Notes under the pieces: generated by a model | Told to the model about the DNA's origin: nothing | The model's input: only the letters and a program-made list of their open reading frames with translations | Databases searched by the model: none | NCBI RefSeq assembly: GCF_031769215.1 | Contig: NW_026782484.1 | Location: 496,001 to 560,000, forward strand | Reading direction: 5' to 3' | Source of the DNA: Ylistrum balloti | Lineage: Eukaryota | DNA length: 64,000 bases | Made by a program: the position numbers and the translations under genes | In this document: positions 14,401-26,034 of the stretch, piece by piece | Numbering within the stretch: the stretch's first letter is position 1 | Layout: every line of letters starts with the position of its first letter

Positions 14401-14895
14401 TATATTGCAGCTGGTATTTTACCATAGTTACACATATTTCAGTTGTTGACATAATTGTTGTTGCTTGTTTTATCTAATTTACCAAACAATTGCATGATTA
14501 TCAAAGAGATAAAATTATTGTTGACATGGTCATGTTTACGGTAGTGATGGGTGTTTTCTTTTAAAAGATATCTTTTATACTTAACATGGATCAATGATGT
14601 GTTTGTAATCATGAGTGTCCATCAACTGTAGCATGTTTGAAGGGCAAACTTTCAAACGACAATGTTTAACATGTCAAACAGGTAGACTAACTGAATATGT
14701 TCATGTACTTATCAAAGTGTGTGATATCCATACCAATAAAAATGATATTTTTAAATGAAGAAATTAATATCACGTTTACCAAAACATATGTTCCTAACCT
14801 ACATATAGTTACACTTTAGCAGAAACATAGGTCTCAACTCAACAAGTAGTCCTAGATCAGCAGATGTTATTGCGAAACAAGCTGTCAAATCTAAC

Positions 14896-15084
14896 CTCGG
14901 GTGTGTCCCCATAGGCAAGTTCGGTGTTCTTTAGCAAAAACCACTGTTTCTTCCATTTCTTCGACATCTTCGATCTTTTCATCAGCCATCCCTTCATTTC
15001 TATGTGCGTTACGCTGTCGTCGTTGTGACTACTGGTGGTATTTAGGCTGTTCGTCCGACTATCAGAGGACTCCGAGGAAGCCAT
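14896..15084 (-). CDS. Stand-alone PH-domain/CaaX protein, coding exon 1 (MASSESS...KGWLMKRSKMSKKWKKQWFLLKNTELAYGDTPE)
   Basis: ATG at 15084 (minus strand). Contains a PH beta1-beta2 motif (KGWLxK...WKKQWFxL). Ends GAG|GTTAGA at a phase-0 donor (GT at 14895-14894). Confidence 0.9.
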
Positions 15085-15599
15085 TTCTACCGTCGTCAAA
15101 TTTTGTTGTGCCGTAAACCGATCTAGGTGTTTGTCGCAACAATGCTTGATAAATTACATTTTACTGAAGTTTTACTCTACAACCATAATATTGACAAGAC
15201 AATTATATATAATATGAATAAGTCATTGTATTTAACAATATGAGATAAAAGAAGAACAATTTGTACGACATCTATTATAGATCATGTCACGTGATTGACT
15301 AAGTGAGGCGATTTGGGAAAATAAAGTTGCGTTGACTTGTCAGAGTGACTGTGCGTGATATAGGTAGCACCTGCTGTCCACGTAATCTGTGGGACGGACA
15401 GTTACACATATAATCAACCTGCTCACAGACGAAACACGCCTCAGTGATGCTGACAAGTTGAATTCTACCAATATCAACCAAGTTGAATTATATTTCCGAG
15501 ACAGCAGGTTCGTTTACCCCGGAAGCTAACAGGAGAATATTTTGATGTCATCTAGACGTGGTGACATCGCCTAGTCGGAGGGATCGAACACATGGCAAG
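15085..15599. promoter_or_regulatory. Probable bidirectional promoter and 5'UTRs between the PH-CaaX gene and PRKD
   Basis: Divergent ATGs at 15084 (-) and 15600 (+). Motifs seen: GTCACGTGA E-box 15286-15294, CCGGAAG ETS core 15519-15525, TGATGTCA CRE-like 15543-15550. Transcription start sites cannot be seen from sequence. Confidence 0.6.
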
Positions 15600-15728
15600 A
15601 TGGAAGACGGGAGGAAAAGTTTGACTTTCCAAATGCAAATAGGTCTTACTCGAGACCAAATAAATGTGGATGGGGAATTGACTTTAGCGAGCTTGAAAGA
15701 CATCGCTTGTTCGTTTGTGGATAGAAAG
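15600..15728 (+). CDS. PRKD: Protein kinase D exon 1 (ubiquitin-like domain, N-terminal part)
   Basis: MEDGRKSLTFQMQIGLTRDQINVDGELTLASLKDIACSFVDRK matches the PKD ULD pattern (FxxQIGLxRE...LKDxxCSxVxxK). Donor AAG|GTGAGA, phase 0. Confidence 0.9.
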
Positions 15729-18700
15729 GTGAGATGTGTATTGTATATTGTGATCTGTGTTAGTATGTTGGGGACAACGGAAGTGTATCATCTTGGGCTA
15801 CCAAATCGTGAGACACACCCTCCACCTAAACAATGCCTCACGGTTCAAGTGTTGACTTAATCATTACACCCTTGCTATTTTTGAACTTCATTCAATGAGA
15901 TCGTGAATTTATACTGTAATGCATCGTTGAATGATGATCCAAGTGAATACATTGTACCAGGTTTACATATTAAACAGAATGGCTTTCCAGTGTTGAGACA
16001 TGTACCCTTTGAAACGTTAGGTTTACTCTATATATATATGACTGAATAATAAGATTACACACTTTACCTCTTAGTCCAGACTTGATAAACAGTAAACTAC
16101 AGTTTGTATAGAAGTAGGTAAATTACCTAACCTACCTTTATCCAAACATTACTATTGATGTGTATGATGACCACGTTGAACGGCTATGATGGTATCATGC
16201 TTACATTCCTATCTCTTCTTTTCCTAAACGATAGGAAATAGCTAAAATATTTTTTATATAACATTAATTGGTAATATTTATTGTCGCCTTGGAAGAAATA
16301 CCAAAATATTCACTGAAGGGACAGGATAGAGGTATGTGTTCCGCGCAATTTAAACACTCAGGGAAGTTCAATGAAACTATTGAAAGTCCATTGGAAAGAT
16401 TTAAGAAAGAAAAGCTTCACCTTTAGAGTTGATGGCTAAATGGAACAGTCTGCCAGAACACGTAGAGGACCTGGTCGTGCAGGCAAAGGCAGCATCTGTA
16501 AACAGAAATCAACTTATCATATAATAACACAGAAATCAGTCATGAAATCACACACACATTTTATAAGAATTTCTTGAAATGGAATCATCACCAGGTACAT
16601 TTACCTATGTTACAATTACACATAATGAATGAATGTCAATACTCCTATGAGTAAAATGGATGTTCTACTCAAGGCCCTGTGATGAGTTATTTAATCAGTT
16701 TTGAATTTCCAAATTTCTGGTATATTCATAATTATTCCAGGGTTTCCTGATATTTGATATCTTCTGATTGAAATTTAAGTACAGTCAAATTTTTATGATT
16801 TGGATTTCTTGATGTAGTAAAGTTTTTGTCTGGTCACAAATTTTATTCCTGTATATTAACAAAGTCTCACTTTTTAGTTTTAAGCATATAAGCATGAGAA
16901 ACACAGTGATTTATCTGTCAGTCATACATGCTCCGATTGATCCAGAGCATAGGAAAACACTCTTGTAACATCTACGACCAAAGATGTATGATGTTAGTGC
17001 TATTGTTTCTGGACAGAATACATTATGATATTAATTTGCTTTCTTTTGAATTCATTAGTGCCTATGCCATTGATGTATCAGTCTTTAACTAATTACTGTA
17101 ACATGTGAAGACCATGCACTTTCATGCTGCATGTCGTTTCATTTAAAAGCAACATGTACAAAGCATATACTGTGTGAAATGAAAGCTAAATGTCTTGTTG
17201 ATTTCTATGTAAAGTAATATCTTTTTAAATGAATGAAAATGTTTTGTTTAAAGATATGAAATCATCTTTTCATTCAAACTTGTGTTTTGGTATTTGTCGT
17301 GGTTGTTAAGGTAGAAATATTGTGTCATCAACCATTACAGCTATGAATATGAAAATGTCGATTTAACCCACCATGCATGAATGAAAGTCTCCATGTATCA
17401 AAAGTTTTTGGTAGTCCCTTGAACTTTGAAACAGTGATATAAACCAAGAAAATCAAGAATATGGGCCTGAAAACTTAAACTTATCAGTGAAAGAAGATCA
17501 GGAGATTTCAAACTGTTAACCGAACAAGTGAAATTGTTTTTATATTTCTGATGGTAAGTTACTTCAGTAGAACCTTATCAACCAAGTTTTGTAGGCATAC
17601 TGTTGTGCTATATGTTAATAATACGTGCATGTCTGTGTTAGACTATTTATATGCAGGTAAATGTCTGTGCATTTCCTACAAAGTATTTCAAAATAGGAAT
17701 ATATTTAAATCTGATTTATTTTACACATTGCTCTACTCATTAATTTTACATATAAATGCAGATGTATAGAGATGCACTTATTATCACCATTTAACATATA
17801 TCTATTCATTCTTAAAGCACTAGAGGCAATTCTGGAATTTTTATTGAACAAAATTGATTGCTTATTCCATACAAAAACATACAGAAACAGGTGTAAGCTT
17901 TCTGTAATGACGTGGCAATAAATAAAAAGCTCGAAATAAACTACTTACAAATTACAAGATTAACATTTGCTTCTGAGACTTGTTAGTTACTTTCAGATTC
18001 AGAAGGTGTGTTTTCCCTGTTCCAACCCTTAAATTCCTTAAAATCTAATATGTTGGGACCTCCAGATATCAGGCCAAGTGGTTTGGGGTACTTTTCCATA
18101 AAAATCAACTGAGGTTCTTGGAGGCATTCTGTTTTTCTCCAAGGATTATTTTTTTCTGCACAATGCCATATAATTGTTTATTCTAATATTCTAAATCTGC
18201 ATATTTCGTCACATTGATTGAAAATGTAGGGTTACAGAAAAGGTTACAGAAATGAGTAAAATCACAGTTTTACTATAGCACAAGAAAGTCGAATCAAAAA
18301 CCAAAAAAACTACGTTAGTACCATCACTTGTTTTACAATAGCTCGACATATGCAAAAAAAATACAAAACAAAATGAAAACAAATCTGCTTTAATGTATAA
18401 CGTCAGTATTAAGTTTTATAAAAGTGAACATAGCAGTATAAGGATTGAAGAGATAATCATTAGATTGATTTATTATCACCATTGCTTAAAAAGTTCTTTT
18501 CTGGTTCAAATTAAATTGGTATTGTTTGAATGCCATTATTGTAATCTGTTTATTTAGTCATGTTAATATCTAGATCATCACATAGCACTTTACTTTGTTG
18601 AGTTTTTAAGAAGCATTTATCTGAGTGACCTTATCTGCAGTAATTACATACAGCATACTGAAAGTTTACAATCATGATGTCCAGCTCGATATGATTATTG

Positions 18701-21104
18701 ATGTATTAATCAGTTTATACAGAAAGTAAATGGCAATCCACTGACAAAAGTAGAGCTGTTCTCATATACTGACATCATGATATATTGTGATCGCAGAAGC
18801 AAAAGATATATATCATGAAAAGTTATTAAGATTGGCAATATTGCCACCAGCAAAAAATAAAACAATAATATATCTTGGTAAAAAAAATATTAAAGAAAAA
18901 TTAAGCCACAGGGGCTGTATCAAAATACCATTAAATCAATTTATCACTAAAAACTGTCCTTTCATTTTATTAGATACTTAAATGTCTAAACACTAAGGCA
19001 TAGTACAGTATTTCTAAAAATGGATTGAGAAATACTCTCAGCAACATGGTCATTAAAATGCTTGTTTAATGTTCAATAGCTGCAAAGCATCTTTATAGCC
19101 ACACTTTAAAAATGAGGTTATGCTTCCACCAGTAAGATAAAAAGTTTTTGGTTACAGGAACATGTCTTCTAATATTATGTTTGACATTGTAATAGCCAGG
19201 GGGACAATTTATTTTATCACAAAATATATATTGCATATATTCTGGTAAAGAAATAACATTGTGATAACTTTTAGGTCATGTTGTGTGTCAGATTTTTTCA
19301 TTGATAACGAAAAACAAATGGAACAAAGTTTTGTGTTCAGATTTTATTGGCAAAAATTAGGTTATTATTGCAACAATATCTGTACGTTTTGATGATATCC
19401 CGGTGGAGATTTTTATCACGATAACAGCTCTAGAAAAAAATCACGTTAATTTTAATCTCGTGTATAGAAATCATAGCACAACACTTTCTCATAAAAATCT
19501 CAATACCACTGCCAAGAGTGATCCAAGGGTTTCTTCAATTTATTCATATAACAAATTGACACACAAATCCGCAGATGTTCTGTATATGCATCTTTTGCTG
19601 AAACCCATGAGAGTACAATAGATACTCATTATCACTTTTCCTGATTTCGCGGTATTCCCAGACATATATATATAAAATCCAGATTATAAGAATTATCTCC
19701 CTTTAACACATCAATGTTCCTGAGGAGACAACCTTTGTTCTAATTAACTGGCTTTCAGCTAGAAAGAGAGAACAATAATTGATAACCCTTTGGTCCGGAA
19801 GTTTCCAATGAGCTGAAAATCTTGGAGAATTCAAAATTCCTTAATATCATTTTGAGATGGCAGTCTTGAAATCTTTTTCCGATTTCAGTTAACATTAGAA
19901 GTAGAAATTAGGTAGAAAGTGCAATTCATTCATGACGTGTGAATGTATTACATTTTGCAATTTTTCCAGACATTTTTAAAACGTCTTTCTTGTACTCTGG
20001 TCCTGAATTTGAAAACACTGATACTTTCTTTGATCTAATTACTGGGAAAACAAATTAATTATTTGCCTATGAACTTCACCAAAAGATATTTGAAAGTAAC
20101 AATTGGGGAAAAGTTGATAAAAGAGCTTATTGTTATTGGAATTATTGGTGTATACTCAGAAAGATGATTACTATTCCTCCATTGTAACACAATATATCAT
20201 ACTTCATTTATCTTATTTGTGTAGTGTAGTTTTCGTTAACAAGGTCATTTATCCCTGGCCACAATCCCATAAGTAAAAATTACATGTAGCTCTCTGGGCA
20301 AATCTGACATAATAAGATATCCATGGAGGACAGTACTGGTATACCATCCCTGCTGATATCATCATATTTTCTTAGTATAGGGGACCAACATGTACATGTA
20401 GCTTGCTACAGGACCACATGTAATGGCCAAAATAAATACAGGAAAATGCACTATGTGTGTCAAAACTGTGAATATTTGGTTATAATTATACTGTGTCCTA
20501 TATTAACCTCAGAATCTATATGTACATAATTATATGTGTCTATATAGTAATGTGGAGCTAGATGTTACCGTGTGCATGATGACAATTCCAACAGTGAGGT
20601 TGTATTGTTGTGGTATGGAATGTACAGTGAATGATCTTCATGTATTGTCCATTTTTTTTTTATATAAATATGAAATATGAGTCTGTCTGGCCACTGGTGT
20701 TGGGATTAGAATTTCCCAAACATTGTAAATGTCAGACATGACTGAGTGGGAGTAAGTTTGAGTCATATTAGGAAATGTTTGTGAGGAGGACGAGGGGGTG
20801 GCTAATGGAAATCATAGGTTTATAAATATGCATTTTTTTTTCAAAGGCAAAACATACAGAATAATTGACCTTTGTCATGGCATTTGGAAAATTATTTTGT
20901 GTATACGTATCACTGTACAATTTTTACCACATTTTCATGTTATACTGCTATCTGGCGCTTTTGCTATTAAATTCACAACAATTTATGCATGTCTGCTCTT
21001 AATCTTTTTATATAAAGTCAGTATTTTTCTTAATTATAGCAACATAGCATTAAGATACATATATTCCATAAACAGGTAATCACATTGTTTAATTTTACCA
21101 AATT

Positions 21105-21280
21105 CAGGGTTTTCCATAAGAGCCGGTCGCCGTCCAATTTGACCGGCTACTTTGATCATTTAGCCGCCTACACCAATCTAGTTCCGTAATAATGTTCCGT
21201 ACATGACTACACGTACACGGCAGGACAGCCTCCTATTTTCAATACACATCCTACTATTGACAAAATTATGGAAAACCCTG
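21105..21280. mobile_element. 176-bp MITE with perfect 15-bp TIRs
   Basis: CAGGGTTTTCCATAA (21105-21119) and TTATGGAAAACCCTG (21266-21280). AAATT direct repeat on both flanks. Internal 8-bp stem AGCCGGTC/GACCGGCT. Confidence 0.8.
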
Positions 21281-22049
21281 AAATTAAAAGACAATTTAAT
21301 CTACATGGCTTTCCTAATCAGCCAAGCCAAATTCACACATTTCCTATATCTGTTAATAGAACTGGGGACTATTAAAATGTAACTCACCTGATAAGAGTTG
21401 TATTGTTTCATGTTTAATACAGATGTTATTGGTACGTTAATTACAACATCAGGCCACCTAATGATCAGGACTGACATAATATTATCAAGTATTTTGTTAC
21501 ATGTTTAATTTGTATAAATTCATAATATCAAATATCACATTCTTCCCTACAAATTGACATCAAGAAGTGTCTTTATAAGCATACGTCTACTGATTTTTAT
21601 ATGTAGTTATAGAAGGTACAGTAGGATACAAATGTACTTGTATTTATGTTATATATGTATACTGTCTACAGAAACATCCATAAATATATCCATTTGTTTT
21701 CCTCTGAGTCCTCTGGCATGGGGTCAATGGGTTGTGTAAATCACCACACTCTATATATTTATACAACCTGGTCATCCTATGTAAGATAAATTAATTAGGG
21801 TTAATGTTAAAGTCTGTAGGAAGTATATGTAGTCCTTCAGGCTAACCTGATATCAAATATATAGGAGGGAAAAGGAGAAAACAATGTGCTATAATGTTGA
21901 AATAAAATTGCTACTTGAAAGGTAGTTATAAGACTTTTAAATTGAATTCTCCAAAAATTGTCTCCTGACTTTGATTTAAATGAATTGCATTAGAAATGTA
22001 TATGATCTATCATAAGGACATAGTGGGTACCTCAGCATTGGTATCAATT

Positions 22050-22770
22050 GCCTGTTGTATATACTGACAGTTGTACCTCAACATCAGTATCCACAACCTG
22101 CTGTATAAACTTTTAGTTGTACCTCAGCATCAGTATCTATGACCTGCTGTATATACTGACAGCTGTACCTCAACATCAGTATCCATGACCTGTTGTATAT
22201 ACTGACAGTTGTACCTCAACATCAGTATCCATGACCTGCTGTTTATACTGACAGCTGTACCTCAACATCAGTATCTATGACCTGCTGTATATACTGACAG
22301 CTGTACCTCAACATCAGTATCCATGACCTGTTGTATATACTGACAGTTGTATCTCAACATCAGTAAACATGACCTGCTGTTTATACTGACAGCTGTACCT
22401 CAACATCAGTATCCATAAACTGCTGTTTATACTGACAGCTGTACCTCAACATCAGTATCCATGACCTATTGTATATACTGACAGTTGTACCTCAACATCA
22501 GTAAACATGACCTGCTGTTTATACTGACAGCTGTACCTCAACATCAGTATGCATGACCTATTGTATATACTGACAGCTGTACCTCAACATCAGTAAACAT
22601 GACCTGTTGTCAATATACTGACAGTTGTATCTCAACATCAGTATACATGACCTGCTGTTTATACTGGCAGCTGTACCTCAGCATCGGTAAACATGACTTG
22701 TAAATATACTGAAAGCTGTACCTCAACATCAGTATCCATGACCTGTTGTAAATATACTAACAGTTGTATT
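22050..22770. repeat. 46-bp minisatellite (ACAGCTGTACCTCAACATCAGTATCCATGACCTGTTGTATATACTG)
   Basis: About 15 copies. Degenerate copies reappear at 23680-23770. Confidence 0.93.
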
Positions 22771-23094
22771 ATTCTACTTCTAAACACTGTAAGATATATA
22801 CATGCATATGATCTATTAACATGGAATCTTGTATACCTCTTTCGTACTTCTCTCTCACACAAACCGAAATCTCAAACAACTTTTTTATCACAGAACAAAT
22901 ACATTCAAATATCTAAATATTTTGGCTCTGTTGTTGGCTGTGTCTGTAGGAAAAGCCACTTGAGATATAACTTCAGATTCTTGTATATCTATGGATCATC
23001 TCGCTACAACAGTATGAGAACTAGTTAACTGTTACCATAAACTAACCTAGATCAGGGACTGAAAGTCCCCTATGCTGGAACCAGAGGTTCCAAA

Positions 23095-23570
23095 GGGACT
23101 GGAGATTCCAGAGCCTAAGTGGAAATCGGTGGTCCAAGAGTCTATGTGGGGACTCGAGGTCCCAGAGCCTTAGTGGAAATTGGTGGTCCAAGAGTCTATG
23201 TGGGGACTCGAGGTCCCAGAGCCTAAGTGGAAATCGGTGGTCCAAGAGTCTATGTGGGGACTCGAGGTCCCAGAGCCTAAGTGGAAATCGGTGGTCCAAG
23301 AGTCTATGTGGGGACTCGAGGTCCCAGAGCCTAAGTGGAAATCGGTGGTCCAAGAGTCTATGTGGGGACTCGAGGTCCCAGAGCGTAAGTGGAAATCGGT
23401 TGTCCAAGAGTCTATGTGGGGACTCAAGGTCCCAGAGCGTAAGTGGAAATCGGTTGTCCAAGAGTCTATGTGGGGACTTGAGGTCCCAGAGCGTAAGTGG
23501 AAATCGGTGGTCCAAGAGTCTATGTGGGGATTCGAGGTCCCAGAGCGTAAGTGTGGACCAGAGGTCATAG
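23095..23570. repeat. 54-bp GC-rich minisatellite (GAGTCTATGTGGGGACTCGAGGTCCCAGAGCCTAAGTGGAAATCGGTGGTCCAA)
   Basis: About 8 copies. The 18-aa periodicity in three ORF-track entries derives from it. Confidence 0.93.
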
Positions 23571-24629
23571 AATTTATGTGGGGACCAAGAACCTATGTGG
23601 GGACCATCTGCAAATCTGTCCATCCATTCATCTATTGTCAGATGACCGTTAAGGGCCATGGTCCTCTTGTTATCTTAATATCAGTATCCAAGACCTAATG
23701 TATATACTGCCAGTTGTACCTCAGCCTTAGTTTTCACAATCTGCTGTATATATGTACTGATAGTTCTACCTAAGTAAAAATGTTTATATCAGCTGTGTAT
23801 ATACTCATGTCTTATTTTGACTGGTTTGGGATTGGGTATTTTGGTCTTATTTCAGGAGAAAATGTGTGAAGTGGGAAGGATGTTTTCAGGTGTGAATTTC
23901 AAATTTTTTGGAATTTCGTTAAAATATGAAATAATTTCAATTCAAATTCATGAAACCATTATTAGCTATAAAAATCCCCCCAAATGCTCTGATGCTGTCA
24001 TTTGTATCTCAGCATTGATTTGTACGGCCTGCCAGTTAGGTAACATATCAGTGCTGAAACTAAGACAAAGTCTAGAAATATTGCGTCATAACTGAAATCT
24101 TATATTCCACATGGAAATACACTTTCACATTTGTGGCAATGTCATTGATTGTTAATGGTCATTTTTCTCTCTTTAAACCTATCAGAATGTGTGTCTTATT
24201 GCATATTACTTGTAATTCCCTCATGTGGAGTGTTACCTCATTACTTTCATGAAGGCTTACACAATATCTGTACCACTAAGACCCCAATTAATGTAAACTA
24301 GAAAAGTTTTACTTTTTTAAACAGCAAGATTCAAATTATAAAAGTTAATCATGCAAATTTTATATACTTATGCCAGTAAATCAATAAACCTACATATGTA
24401 AACAGAACTAATTATAACTGGCCACTTCCAGTATTTCTTTCTAGACTTTGTCACAATATCAAAATATGTATTGTACTTAAGGAATTATATTGCTTTACTG
24501 TGCAATTACATCTATAAATACTTTCATGCAAATCCTTAAGCTTATTTGCATATTAAACTGGATGCATAACTTTGTGGAATTTTTTTACATGTTGACATCT
24601 GACTTTGAGTAACCTTTGTCTTAGTTCCA

Positions 24630-25528
24630 TTTTTAGCTCACCTAGCCCTAGGGCAAATCGAGCTAATTATGGCATATACTGCAGCATCTGTTGACTGTCC
24701 CTCTGCCCTTGGGGCCTGACGGATTGGTCTCAAAAGGAAAAATTTTGAAAATTCTTTAAAAAGTTTTTTTTATGTATGAATGTTTTGATTTTGACCAAAT
24801 TTGGCCAGAAGCATTAGGTTAAGTCCTTCTTCCTCTGTAGCAAAGTCAAGATTTTGTCCCAGCTTGGTCTGAAACATCCCGGTGTGAAGGGGAATCAATT
24901 TCATATAAACTATGAGCTTGAGGAGCTCCACACCCTGAGGCAAAAGGTGCAGGGTGCAGTAAAGGAATGGAGATGAAGTAAATACAGCCAACTTCAAAAT
25001 TCATCTTCTTCTCTAGAAGTGGCAGGTTTCTGTCCTAATTTGGTTTGAAAGATCCTTAGGTGAAGGGGAATTGATTTTAATTAAATGGTTTGACTCAGTC
25101 ACCTTGAGAAGGAGGGTCAGGGCCCAGTTGAGGAAATAGAACAAAAAAAAAAATTCTGTAGGAATTTGGTGCCAATTTTGTCTGATTGAGCATGGATGGG
25201 TGAAGAGAAATCTATTTTGTATGCACAGTGGATCTAGGCCACATGGAATGGGAGGGGTGGGGCCTGATAGGGGTAATACACTTAATTATTGAAAATTAAT
25301 CTCTTCTTTAAGAATTGCAGGATTCTGACCAAATATGGTCTGAAGCATGCTTTGGTGAAGCAGAACTGTGTATAAATGATTTACCTAACCTCTTGGAGGC
25401 AGAGGGTCAGGGCCCAATGGGATAGATAATAGATAAAACACTTGGAATTTCTTTTCCTTAAGTTTGGATGAAACAATTTCAGTCAAACAAAGAAAGGTAG
25501 ATGATACAGGCCCAATAGGCATATTGTT
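24630..25528 (+). mobile_element. Helentron/HINE-like non-autonomous element with degenerate ~150-bp internal repeats
   Basis: 5' end TTTTTAGCTCACCT...GAGCTAATT, GTCY-type tract and degenerate internal subunits. 3' end AGGTAGATGATACAGGCCCAATAGGCATATTGTT resembles the family 3' hairpin motif. Confidence 0.65.
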
Positions 25529-26034
25529 ATCAGTTAAAGCTGTTCTATTTTCAATAGATATTTTTTATTCTTGAAATATTGAGATAGTAATAATTGGTAT
25601 TGTTTGTAATTACATCATACAGCAGCCCGTTTCCTTTCCTGATAATGTGAGTTTTAAGACTTTGATGTGCTTCACCAACTGTGCACTATATATATTGCCT
25701 GGTATACACGTACACAATATCTTACTAGTAACAACTTGTGATTTGCATTACCTGTTAAGTGAAAGTTGCATATAAATTGTATTCTAAGCTGTATTTTGCT
25801 GGATTATGAGAAACCGTACAAAATTCAGATGTGAAATTTCTTTGCAATACCTCAATTTTGTAGTTACAGCTGTATTGTGTAGTGATCAGATCAAATCAGA
25901 ATTTAAATTTTACAGCAGTAAAATTGATGTAGAAAGATCAGGTGTATTGATGTACAACAGGTTCATTGATGTAGAAAGTTCAGGTATATTGATGTAGAAC
26001 AGGTTCATTGATGTAGAAAGTTCAGGTATATATA

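Noticed and set aside
15085-15099. TTG start of the PH protein in the ORF track
   Set aside because: The first in-frame ATG at 15084 is the plausible eukaryotic start.
15558-15599. N-terminal extension of PKD from GTG in the ORF track
   Set aside because: Non-ATG start from a prokaryote-style ORF caller. PKD similarity starts after ATG 15600.
23042-23698. ORFs of 132-205 aa on both strands
   Set aside because: The 18-aa periodicity equals the 54-bp unit. Stop-free frames reflect unit composition.
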